From NCBI GenBank assembly GCA_031835245.2, contig JAVKOQ020000040.1, positions 1-64,000 of the forward strand: 64,000 nt of DNA. The letters are read 5' to 3'. The notes under the pieces were generated by a model. The model was given only the letters and a program-made list of their open reading frames with translations, made no database searches and had not been told where the DNA came from. Shown one piece after another: positions 12,707 through 24,577 of the stretch. Numbering within the stretch: position 1 is the first letter of the stretch; every line of letters begins with the position of its first letter. The position numbers and the translations under genes are program-made. This stretch comes from Balamuthia mandrillaris. Taxonomy: Eukaryota.

Positions 12707-13133
12707 GTTGTTGTTGTTGCTAACGTTCAAGTGGTTTGTGTTTGTTTTGCTTTCTTCTCTCTTTCTTTTTCCCAAAGGAACAAATGGATAGGAAGAGAGC
12801 CAACGATAGAACAGGCAGCACTTTGTGTTGGTCAAATTGCGGGTTTGTTGTTCGGGTTCACTTCACCCGTTTTCCTTACTTTATTTTCTTTTATTAGCAA
12901 GCCAATAAAAGGAAAAGTATGACCGTTCGTTATGATCTTTGCGCCGCCTTACCTGTACTGTAATGGAAGAAATTATAAGCATTACTTGGGATGAGGGGTA
13001 CAAGCTCACTCTGGATCTTAATATCGCTGCTGGTGAAGCGCGTAGAAAGAAAAAACATAACCAAAGGAAGCTGCTGAGCTATAAATTACATGAGAAAAGC
13101 ACGCAACAAAAGGAAAGAACGGGTACTGTTTGG

Positions 13134-14931
13134 TCATCTTCTGGCTTTCAACAGGTTACGGAAGAAGACTTTAACTGTGGGAGTGAGCTTGGTGCGATTG
13201 TACTCATCTCCCAGCTGCCTGATAGCCTCTGCTTGGGTAGGATAAGGGTGGATGGTGGCAGCGATGGTGGCCATGCCGGTCTTGGTGACCATTGCTAATG
13301 TGAGCTCGCTGATCATGTCGCCTGCGTGGCTGGCCACGATGGTGGCGCCAAGTATCTTGTCACTTCCATCCCTGGTTATTACTCTAGCAAAGCCTTCTTC
13401 TTCACCGTCCAGGATTGCTCTATCTAGATGAGAGAACTCTCTAAATCGAGATAACCCGCGAGATAGCAGAAGGAGAGAGAGAGAGAGAAGAGAGTGCTAG
13501 TGAGCAAGCAGATTGCGGTTAGATGGTATTGACTGTACAGGACGTACTTGGTGAAGACGCGACACTTGATGCCTTTGTCGTTGCAATCACGTTCGTAGAG
13601 ACCAACGTGGGCGATTTCAGGGTCAGTGTAGGTGCACCACGGGATGGTCAGCGTTTTGACGCTGGCTCTACCAAAGAAGAGAGCATTACGAATAACAATT
13701 CGAGCCATGGCATCTGACATGTGGGTGAATTTGTATTCTGTACAAACATCTCCAACTGCAGAAAGATGTGAGCAAACAGAAAAACAACATAAAAGAAAAT
13801 CCACACACCTGCAAAGACGTTGGTGTTAGAAGTTTGGAGATAATCGTTCACTTGGATGCCTCGTTTGGTGTCATATTTTATGCCTGCAATCTTGAGCCCC
13901 AATCCCTCCACATTTGGCAGCCTGCCAGTTGCAACCAGAATCTCATCCACCAGTATAACTTCATCTTGCCCATCAACCGTAACTCTTAGTACCTTATCAC
14001 TGCCGCTAATCTCGACTGAGTGCAGTTGGGTCTTTCAATAACTCCATTAGCTGTGATACAGTGAAGTAGGGACGGAGGCAAAATCATAATAAAGTCACCT
14101 TTGCACACAATCGAATGCCATCCTTGCGGAAAGCGGCTTCAATGCGAACAACGGCATCGGGATCTTCTCTTGGCATGATGTGCTCCCCTCGGTAGATGAG
14201 CGTTGTCTCTGAACCGAAACGGGCAAATGATTGAGCCAATTCACAGCCGATAGCACCAGCACCAATCACTGCCAACCGTTTGGGTAGAGCAGTCAAGTTG
14301 AAGATGTTTTCATTGGTGAGAAAACCAGCCAGGTGCAAACCGGGCACCGGTGGTATAGCCGCTCTTCCTCCTGTTGCTATGCATGCCTGAGTCATAGAGA
14401 AGAGAAAAAATTCAGATAGAAAGAAAAAGACTTCGTGGAAAGGAAAACAACGAAAGGGGAAGAGAGTTAGATGTTTTGCGTCCCTACAAGCACAATGTTT
14501 ACCTTGGCAAATTTCAACGTATTCCCATTAACTTCAATGGTGTCCTTACCCGTGAACCTGGCTCGTCCAAAGTAAACATCCACCTTGAGATCCGCCAACC
14601 GTTTGGCAGAGTCGTTGGGACTGATCTGAGCCCGCAACTTACGCATGCGTTCCATAATAGCAGCGAAGTCAACCTCCACCGTTCCATTGATCTTGACGCC
14701 AAACTCTTGTGCGTTCTAGTAAACGTCAATCGGTGCTTTCAAGTGGACAGAGGGAAGAAGGGGATGAATGGGCAGACCTACCTTAACATTAGCAACAGCG
14801 CGTGCAGCTCGAATGAGAGCTTTGGATGGTACACAACCGACGTTCAAGCAGTCACCACCCAAAAGATGTTCTTCAATCAATGCTACCTTTAATAATTCAC
14901 AACCCTCATCAATATGCTGAGGAACCAGGAG

Positions 14932-14980
<49 letters not shown>

Positions 14981-15844
14981 ACACGACAAGACAAAGGTAA
15001 AAACCTTCGCTCCAAGCCCAGCAGAGCCAACAGCGGTTACTAAACCCCCAGCACCTGCGCCTATAACCACCATGTTGTATACACCAGAGGGTGTTGGGTC
15101 CTGCCAGACTGCTGGATGCACGTTATCCAGCAGCTTGATGTTGTGTTCGTCGGGTGGTGAAACCTCCAAGTTGATGAAGGAGGCCAGCAGGTCTTCGTCT
15201 TGAGGAGGAAGAGAGGGCTGTAGAGCATCTTTATTCTTGCCAGAGTCTCCACCTTCTTGTGGCAGAAAGTGCGCCCATGATGATAGCTATTCGTAGGACA
15301 AACATCAAATTGAACTGTGTGAGCAAAGAAGAAGGTAACTATGAGAAGGAGAAACCTCTTGCAAGTTGCCAGCAAAGTCGCTTTCATCACAGAAAAACCT
15401 GTAAAACAGATGCTCATCTTTGAAGGTGTGGTCATCCAACACTGGACACAAACAAAAAAGTCAGTCGTTCAAGATGAGAGCTGCGAAAGAGGAAGCGGAG
15501 AGGAGACCATGGTGGAAGACGCCTTGTTGGCGAAGCATCTCCCCGAGCTCGACTGCTTCCTCGCGGGTGCTAGCAAAGCCCTTTGTTACGAACCAACTGA
15601 CGGCCTCTTTGCCAACGAAGCATTTGGGGTAAGAACTGAGCAAGTACTTTCGCTTCTTGATCACTACGCCGTCCTTCGGGTTCCTCATGGCCTCCACCAG
15701 GCGGCCGACTTCCTGTACTCACCAAAACTTTTGAACAGCGTGTGGCTTTTGGCTGGAAGGAAGGGGAGGTACCTCATTCTCAGCCTCTGCTTTGTGTTCC
15801 TCGTCCTCCTCCTCCTTTTGCTTTTCTTTGTCTTTGTCTTCCAT
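13134..15844 (-). CDS. DEP domain fused to class I pyridine nucleotide-disulfide oxidoreductase (MerA-like/LpdA family)
   Basis: DEP: RKYLLSSYPKCFVGKEAVSW..REEAVELGEML..HHVLDDHTFKDEHLFYRF (spliced). FAD motif VIGAGAGG, redox LGGDCLNVGCVPSKAL, NAD(P) motif VIGAGAIGCE, C-terminal IHPYPTQAE. Confidence 0.85.
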
Positions 15845-16244
15845 CCAGCGTCGATCTCTTTCGCGTTTCTCTCTCGGTGTTTTAACCCTAAAAATCTCCC
15901 TGCTTGAAAAGGGATTGGTCGTTTGATTTTCACACCTTGGCTGATTGGTTGATAATGTGCCTATTTGCTCCTTATAGAGGCGAACACACGGTGACCGTTC
16001 TCCATAGATCGTGATTGGGGGAAGAGGAAATGCAACATTACACGCAAGAGCACCGGTGTTTCTTCCCAGTCGATGCAAACTCGCGAGTTCGAAACAAACA
16101 GAGGGTATGTATTTGGTGTTCAAATGGCTAATTACAATATGTGCAGCCGATATGTGAAAGCAGTGTCACCCTCCCACCAACTTTGTTGGAGGCGGAGCAG
16201 ATGATAAGCCGCAAAGGGGGAGAGAGAGAGCCTTTCGTTGTTAG

Positions 16245-17653
16245 TTAATACTCTTCTTGTTCTTCTCCCTCGCTGGTATGACCGTTGACCTCATCGCCAT
16301 CCGTGAGAGGCGCGTCAACAAAGGCACTCGATGTAAGAGAATTAGCAGCTACCACGTCCGAGTTGATGACATCAAAGCGAGTGCCGACGCAATTGGCCCG
16401 TTCCTTGAGGAAGAAGACCCAGCTGACCATGTCCTCCTCCGTGTCGGCTTTCACTTTTTTCACGTAGCTCTGCTTGTTGCCGTAGTGAATGGCGATAACG
16501 TACTTGGCTTTGACGAGCTTTTCCTCCGGCACCTCTATGCGAGCTCCTTTCAGGTCGATGCTGAACTCCGGCGTGGGGCCTAGGTCTTGCTTTGTGTCAA
16601 AGCAGTGCAGAAATGCAGCGTCTGTGAGCACAAAGTAAGCTTCCTTCCAGTTGCTTTTCTTGATCTTTCCTTGACGATGCAGTTTGCCCTCACGATGTAC
16701 AGAAGTCACCTCAGCGCCTGTTTGTTGTTGAGAGGATCAGTTGATTACATTGAAAAGCAGAAAAGTACGAAATGGATTGAAGGAGCAGAGAGCCTTAAGA
16801 TAGAACAGAAAAAAATGAAATCAGTACGGAACGACGTTGGTACCTTTGTAAGGGAAATTAAAGTTGTCTGCTATTTCCATGTTGGTCCAAATGGTGTGAT
16901 CAGTGACGCCAGTCTGAGCAAGGTATTCCTGAAAATCGGATTCAACATTTATTGCGGCAAGAGCGTCTGCCACTTTCTCAAACTCTTTCTGAGAGTTAGC
17001 GTGGTGTTGCTTTATCCATTGAATGAACCCGTTGATCAAAGCCTGCAAATCCTGCATGACAGTGGAATCGAATCTCTCTGTTTCTTCCATAACCTGGTAA
17101 AAAAAATGGGAGTAAGCAGAGAACTACACGAAAATGATGGTATTTGTGTCAAAAACAGGAGAACGAGAAATGGTGCTACCTTCATCATTTCCTGTCTGCA
17201 AGCGTTGAGATGGTTTAGATAGGTGGCGATGAGAGTGCGCAGCTTCATCTCGAGCAGCCAAGGGTCCTTTTGTGTTTTCGCTCCACGTCCTCCTGTTATT
17301 TCATCAAACCTGGTTAGATTTTTTATTGAAAGCATTGAAAGAATCCAAACGTACCTTTGGAGTTGGCCATGGTGCAATGCTTTTCATGACTTTCCATCAT
17401 GCTCAACATATTCTCCAAGTCCCTGCCTCTCTTTAGCTCTGTCTTGACAGCTGATATTCTGCTTTTCAACTCTTTCGCTTTTTTGGCTCGCTTGGCATGA
17501 AGGGCCTCGATATTCATCAGCACGCTCTCACGAATGTGTTGGGCAATAGCGTCGTGATGTCGAGTCATTTTTTGGGCGTAATCTCCCAGTGTATTAATGG
17601 CTTTCAATACCTCCCCTGCAGCAGAGGGAGAGAAGAGAGAGGAGCGAAGCAAG

Positions 17654-17688
<35 letters not shown>

Positions 17689-18090
17689 TTGTAAACAGAA
17701 GGAACAGAGGATTCTAAGCAAAAGTTTAGAACACAAACCAGTGCCAGGCTCCCTTTCTTCTCTTTTGGGGTCACTTTCCATGGTCGCTACAACCTTAGCG
17801 TAGTACTTAGCGGCCTTTGCCTCCACCTTTTCAATTGCTGATGCGGAGAAAAAAAAACAGTGATGAGACACTAAAGTGAGCTATACACACACCTTGGTCT
17901 TACCCGTGAACAATGGAACAAAACGGTTCAAGGTGACCTTCCATTGCCTTATTCTTTTGAATAAAAAGTCTGCCTTCTCTATGAATGTTTCGTCCTTCAC
18001 TCTTTCGTTGTTCTTGACGATGGCTGTGGTAATTGGCCTAAGCTCCTGTCTGGGGGGCAGAGGCGGTTCGATCTCATTTTGACCTTCCAT
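16245..18090 (-). CDS. BAR-like helical region plus C-terminal PH domain (Slm1-like architecture)
   Basis: Last exon is a clear PH domain (REGKLHRQGKIKKSNWKEAYFVLT..ADTEEDMVSWVFFL). Upstream exons are helical/coiled-coil with a KDPWLLE motif. Start codon uncertain. Confidence 0.7.
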
Positions 18091-19008
18091 TTTTACACTT
18101 GGCTCTTTGCTTGTAGTTGAGATCTTGATATTGCCCAGGGAGGGCGAGGGTGAGAGCGACCAGAGCAGTGTCAGTGTGAAGAGAGCAAAACAAAACAAAA
18201 AAAAAAATACACTCACATGCTTCCAGGCAGGTCCCTGTCTCTTATTTTGAAGTTGCTACGCTTGCCAACTGGCCACACAAAAAGCTCACTTCACAAGTGA
18301 GGAGAGGAGGAATAGTGGGCGCTACACTTTTCTTTGCTAAAAAAGTAGCAGCAGCAGCAGCAGCAGCAGATGTCTTCCCTCACTCTCTCGGTTTGGGTGG
18401 AGGCGTAGGCGTAGGGAGGAGGAGGAGAAGGAAGATGGAGAGAAGAGGCCTCGTTTTTTTCCGTTTGTTTTCTGTCATCCTTTTCTGTCGGATATTTAAT
18501 TAGATCCGCAAGGAAATTTCACACAAGGCGAAAATTCCCTCTCTCCTCTCCTCCCTTCTCCCCTCTCTCTCTGTCCTACACTCATTCTCTTCTGTCTCAT
18601 CGTGTCGTTGGAAAGAGCCATGCATGGAGAGGAACTCCCAATTTATTCTTCTCCACTCCTTCTGCGCTGTTCTCTCGTTCTCTTCTCTCCTCTCCCTCAC
18701 TCTCTTTTTGAGGCGTTTTGTGGCTCCTTCCTTGTTGTGCAATGAATGAAATCGCTCCTTTGCGTCGCTGGGGCCCGAATTTACTGCGGCCTTCGGCCGC
18801 CTCTTCCTTGCCTCCTTGCTTTGATATTTTTTGTTATTTGTTACTGAAGTGAGTGGCAGTTGCAAGGAGTTTTCAGTAGGTGTCCTAAAATAGTCATATA
18901 GCCTTTATTTATGTATGTACAATAGCTAGCAAGCAACAAGGACAGCAAGAGTAAAAGCATCATCTTCATCGTCATCATCATCATCATCATCAGTATTGAT
19001 AGCATCCG

Positions 19009-20079
19009 TTAATGATGATCATCAAAGCAGATCTGGAGTTCTTGCGGTGTTTCCTGGGCATATCTCGAGGAAAGCACCAAGGAGCACAGGTCCTTGGTCC
19101 TGCAGTTACGTAGCCTTAGGAGCACTTGGGAAGGAAGCACGGGCAGAGCAAGTAACTCTCTCTCCAACTGGAGAGCAAAGTCACCCCAGAATACCAGCTC
19201 AATCTGGTTTTTTTGTTGTAGTTGCAGCAATGAAGGATGACTGGCCTCATCTTCGTCCTCAGCACCAGCAGCGACCACTCCAGCAGCAGCAGCAGCAGCA
19301 TCGTCATCATGGTCCCATACTTGTATAGTTGCCACAGGGACTTCTGCGTCTGTTGGTGTGGTCACCCAGCGCACAGCAGGCAGTGCTTCCAGCTTGTCAT
19401 CAAGAGAGAGCCTGGCTTCAATCGATACCGCGCAGAACAGGGGCAGGTACTGCACAAGCCCTAGCGGAACCCTTGGAAGCCATTCCCGTTTCTCTTGGAC
19501 TCGCAGCAGGGTAGCCCTTTTCACAGATATCCAACAGTGATGAGGGTAACGGGGCCACCGAGCTGATTGTGCAGCATGCAGTTCGCCACTCTTCCAATCG
19601 TAATTCATCAGCTGAAAGACAGTTCCCAGTTCTAAAGGAGTCAAAAGCTGTCGCAAAGCTCCCCAGGCCACAAGTTGTACCATGGCATGGGTATCTGCTT
19701 CCAGGGCAGCCACGGTTAACGGATGTTTGGGTGGTGGTTGGGATTCTGGCAGACTCGTTGATTTTCCGTTGACAGCAATAACAATCAAGGATAACGGAAC
19801 AGGTTTTTTTGCATCCATCGCTTGTTGCAGTCGGATTGGGTGGGGGGTGACAGAGCGGCCTGAGGAAGAAGAAGAAGAGGAGGAGAAGGAGATGGCAGCG
19901 GCGGTGGCAGCAGCAGCAGCAGCAGCAGCAGAAGAAGAAGTAGAAGCCGAAGTAACTTCAATGGTTTCCTTTCCCTTTGGCTCTGTTTTGGACCTTTTTT
20001 TGGAGTGGGCTGGCGCTTTTTCCTTGCTGCTGCTGCTGTTGTTGTTGTGGTTGACCGTTGTCGTGTCTTTTCGTTTCAT
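19009..20079 (-). CDS. RPA70-like tandem OB-fold ssDNA-binding protein (Helitron gene)
   Basis: 356-aa intronless ORF with two OB-like segments: LEADTHAMVQLVAWG..LELGTVFQLMN and TIQVWD..IELVFWGDFA..VLLRLRNCRTKD..LSS, resembling RPA1 DNA-binding domains. Inside the element and on the same strand as RepHel. Confidence 0.65.
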   Translation of the reverse strand: MKRKDTTTVNHNNNSSSSKEKAPAHSKKRSKTEPKGKETIEVTSASTSSSAAAAAAAATAAAISFSSSSSSSSGRSVTPHPIRLQQAMDAKKPVPLSLIVIAVNGKSTSLPESQPPPKHPLTVAALEADTHAMVQLVAWGALRQLLTPLELGTVFQLMNYDWKSGELHAAQSARWPRYPHHCWISVKRATLLRVQEKREWLPRVPLGLVQYLPLFCAVSIEARLSLDDKLEALPAVRWVTTPTDAEVPVATIQVWDHDDDAAAAAAGVVAAGAEDEDEASHPSLLQLQQKNQIELVFWGDFALQLERELLALPVLPSQVLLRLRNCRTKDLCSLVLSSRYAQETPQELQICFDDHH

Positions 20080-20695
20080 GTTGTTCTTGTTGTTATTAAT
20101 TAACTGATTAATGAATTGGTATTTATAGTTAGTTTGTTATAAACTTTGAAAAAACTTAGAAAAGACACCAAAGAAAGAACACAGAAAAGAGATATGCATT
20201 CTTTGAGGATTAACCATTTCAGACAATCAATCCATAGATATATTCTGGAAAGATTTTGGGAAAAGGATAAAGGAAACACAACCAATAAAAAGAAATTGCA
20301 GTTACAAGTTCATCTGGCAGAACACAAAAGGAACAAACTAGTAACCTCCACATGTATAAAAAAAATATCATCAAAACTTCTTCAATAAAACCAGTTAATA
20401 ATATTCCTTATAATAAGTAATAATAAGTAATAAGTAATAATAATAATAATAATAGCAGTAAAAAAGAGAGCAAATCAAAGAAAGAGAAAGAGAAAGAGAA
20501 AGAGAAAGAGAAAGAGAAAGAGAAACAATGAAAGAGAAACGATGAAAGAGAAAGAGAAAGAGAAAAAGAATATAGAGAAAGAGAATAGAGAAAAAAAAAT
20601 AGAAAAAGAAAAAGAGACATTTGTTCAAAGATGAATATAAATAGAAACAAAAAAAGGAAAACAGCCATCTCATTTTATTAAGCAAGTAGAGTGAG

Positions 20696-21489
20696 TTAGT
20701 TAGAAACAGCGGTGGCAGTGTAAAACATACTTTCATCAGTAAAAAAAACAATGCTGTGACGGGTGCCTGTCCACTCTGTAACCGAGTGCTCTAGCTCATA
20801 AGCTTTTAGAATATAAAAGTCGCCAGGGCGTGCATCAATATATTTGTTGTGGCTGTGTATTTCTACGAGTCCACCTCCCGATTCAAAGTCACCAAAGACC
20901 AGGACACCTACATAACCTTGCTTGTAAAGCTGCTTGTCCCTATGTTTGGTGCTGCGGTGTTGAACGTTTAGGGCTATGGTGGCAAAGGGATGAAAGTAAC
21001 GTTCTTCCTGAGGGACCTGGCTGAAGTCCAGAGCACCAGCATAGCGATCATAGACGTAAGGGCAGGCTTGACGAAAAGTGCGAGCGCACTTGGCCAGCAC
21101 CTTGCGATTGCTGACCAGCCAGGACATGGTCCCTTCCAAACAGGTATCGGGTATGATTTTCACGTGGGGTGAGCTTCGTCGCCAATGGCCCAGCATGATT
21201 TGACTGGAGCCTCTGGTGTTTTTGCCTGTGCCATGTGCTTGCCAATAGGCTGCAAACTCCTCTGTGGATTGGTTGAGGCGCTGGAGTTCGGTTGGACGGA
21301 GCACTGTTGGAAAAAGACGGGCCATCACGGAGGCATCTCGTTCGGAGGCCTGAGGAGCACGCCACTCCGTTACTCCCCCGTTTTGTAATGTGAGAGGAGC
21401 AGCAGTAGCTTTCAAAAGCGCTTTGTAGTGCTTATTGGATTGAGCTCCAGCGTAGGTTTCCAGATGCGGAGGAAGGTTTTTGGTTCGCT

Positions 21490-21578
<89 letters not shown>

Positions 21579-21976
21579 CGCTTTCTAGGAGGCTTCGGCA
21601 GGTTCCACTTGCTGAAGCATGTTGAGCTCTGTAAGGCTGTTGTCTCGGAGAACAACCCAAAAAATAAATAAATAAATAAGTTGGGAAAAAAAGAAAAAGA
21701 TAAAGAAAGAGCCGAAAGAGCACTCGATCCTCCGTAAAAAAGAGGAACCATAGTGAAAGTGAATGAAAGAGAAAAGAAATAAAAAAGAAAAGGAAAACCC
21801 ATACGTGCAGGTGCATAAACAGTGGTTGATGGGGAGACGGAAAAGGCGATATGATCAACTAGCAAAGCAGAACCTGTGGGAGGGGCAGAGGAGGCAGTGC
21901 TGCTCAGCGTGGTCATCTCTTGCATCCGCGCCCAAGCACTGTTACCAGAGAAATCAAATGATGAAGCGGGTTGCAT
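20696..21976 (-). CDS. 2-oxoglutarate/Fe(II) dioxygenase, TET/JBP-family-like (Helitron gene)
   Basis: PFATIALN..KHRD (HxD at 20936-20944), VFGDFESGGGL, PGDFYIL, EHSV (distal His 20786-20788) and TRHSIVFF (2OG-binding Arg followed by SxVFF). A probable in-frame intron at ~21640-21805 (GTATGG donor, pyrimidine-rich). Confidence 0.8.
21491..21577. repeat. (TTG)n microsatellite encoding poly-Thr in the dioxygenase
   Basis: Pure trinucleotide run visible in the sequence. Confidence 0.95.
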
Positions 21977-22337
21977 TTTGGTTGGTTGGTTGGTTGGTTG
22001 GTTGGTTGGTTGGTTGGTTGGTTGGGGTCGTTATTATTGCCTTTCACCTCTTGGTTTGTTAGTTCAAATTCAAGCAATCATTCTCTCACTTTGGTATCCT
22101 AGACACCAAGAAAGAGCATAGATCTCCTAGATTTCTGTCTGGTTTTGGACGAGAATTGAAAGAAAAGGTGAAAAAAAAATAGTTATGTCGACACCAAATA
22201 AAAATAATGGCCTTTTTTTGGCATGATCTTACAAATAAGGAGTTGTTCAACAAACAGACAGATAGCTAGATATCTAGCTATCTATAATCATGGAAGAGAA
22301 CGAGGAAAAGAAAGGACAATTTTTTTTTTTTGTAAAT

Positions 22338-22456
22338 TTAATTTTGTTTTTCTTTGCCCTTGTTTTTTTTCTGTGGCTGTTTTGCTTTTGTTTCCTGATC
22401 AGCAGGGTCCTCTAAGAAGTCCACACGGGGTACATGCCGCCAAAAGGAGAGACCGA

Positions 22457-22496
<40 letters not shown>

Positions 22497-23665
22497 AAAA
22501 GAAAAGGAGGAGGAGGAGGAAGAGAAAGAGGAGGAAGAAGAAGAAAAGCAAGGCAACGACAAAGGCTCGTAGCCAGCAAGCCACGTCAACAGGTCCGCAG
22601 AAGGAGAGAAGTTGTAAAGATGTTGAGTGGAGGAACATTGAAAAGGCAGGATGCGGATATCTGCAGCTTGACGCACCCGCGACAAACCCACGTAGAAGGA
22701 GGCATACTGGAGTTTGGGCAAGAACCGACCCGGCAGAGCGTTGAGGTCCAAGATGACCTTATCCAAGGTGGCTCCTTGGGCCTTGTTGAACGTCATTGCA
22801 AAGGCCATGGTCACCGAGATGTCCGAGCACTTGCAAGAGACAGTAGGGCGTAGGGTCACCTTGCGTTCTTTTTCTACGCGAATGGGAAGCACCACATACC
22901 CCTCTCCTCCACCGGCGCTTCCTGCCCGCTGCTGCTGTCCGAGTTGTGGCGGCGGCGGCGGCTGCTGCTGCTGCTGCAGCAGCTGGGGAAGGAGTTGATG
23001 CATGAGAGCATCGTGGCGGTGTTGAGGAGGGAGTTGAGCCTCCTTGGGCCAGGTGGCCACCCCGCCAGGAGGAAGGCTGCTCGCCATCACCATGACGTTG
23101 ATTGCTCTCGGCGGTTCTGGGGCTTCCACCACCTGCCCTGGAGCGGCAGAGCGCAGCGTGGCTTGCAGCTGTCGGGTGGCGTTGTGGGAAAAGACCAAAG
23201 AATGGAGGATGGCTGCCGTGCCGTTGGCCAACCCCCACATAGGATTGATGTTATGAAGCAACTGAGCGGGCGCCCCCATGACGAAGCAACCCCACAGCTC
23301 GGCCTGGGAGGCATACAGCCTCTCCGTGTCTTGGAGGCTGAGTTTTTGTTGAAGGTCGCTCTGCAGGGGCCGCTTCCACCGGATGACGGGCAGACCTTTG
23401 AGCTTGGCAAAGCTTTTGGCCCGAGAGTAGTTGAGCACCTCCCGTTGACGATTGCCCGTGACCAAAATGGTGGCCGTTTGCCATGCCACCGGATCTGCTT
23501 CCAGGTCCTGGGGTTGTAGCGTTTTGTAAAGTGCATTTGGTCCGGCAAACAGAGCAAAGTTCTGAGGTAGAACCGCCGTCGCCGCCGCCGCCGCTGTGGC
23601 GGATGAAGACGAGGAAGAAGAAGCAGAAGAAGCAGAAAACACAGAAGGTGGAGAAGAGCAAGAGT

Positions 23666-23699
<34 letters not shown>

Positions 23700-24539
23700 A
23701 CCCAGTAGACGTTGAAGGTTGGCATGAGATAACGGCCTTTTGTGAGCAGAGCGACAGGCGTTGACCACCGTGGTGTGAAGGGGATCACGGGCAGCTCTCA
23801 TCTGTTGAGTAAACTCCATCTTATGAAAGCAAGAAAAGAGGTAAGGTCCCCAACAAGTGGCGTTCTTGGGATTGAAGCACGGCCTGGTGCCACGAGACCG
23901 CTGCCTGCCCTTTAGAGTTCTAGGTGGCTGCTGTCGCTGTCGCAGTTGGCAGAGAGCCTTGTAGAGCGCCTCGTCGCCCACGGGAGGGATCTGGAACATG
24001 TCTCCCAGCAGCACCACCACCAACCCACCGAAAGGAAGGCTGGGTTGTTGTCGGATCTGGCGAAGGCGCCAATCGATTTGTGCCAAGAAGCTGGCTCCCA
24101 CCATGGACACCTCATCGATGAGCAGCACCTTGGTGTCCTCTCCCAGCAGGCCACGGAGGCGAGCCAAGCGCACGGCATTGGTGATGGGAGCCCAGGAGGC
24201 GGCTCGCTTGGCTTTGCCTTTATTTTCTGAAGCACGCGTCTCCTGCCGGCCACAGCCAATGAGGGAGTGAATGGTACGGCCGTGTTTGTGATGGGTGGCT
24301 GCCACGCCGGTGGAGGCCGTGGCGCAGATCTTGGAGGAGCCCAGCAGCTTGTGGAGGCATTGCGCGAAAAAGGTCTTGCCCGTCCCAGGGCCACCATGAA
24401 CAAAGAGCAAGGGAGCTGTTCTGTGAGGAAGTGGCGGCGGCAGCAGTGATGGCGGGGGAGATGGCTGTTCTGCTTCCATTATTCGCACCCCAACCGAAGG
24501 GGCCACTCCTTCTCCTTCTCCTTCTCTTCCTTCTCTTCT

Positions 24540-24577
<38 letters not shown>

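Noticed and set aside
13134..15844. True mercuric reductase (merA)
   Set aside because: No C-terminal Cys-Cys pair and no NmerA metal-binding domain, so no symbol was assigned.
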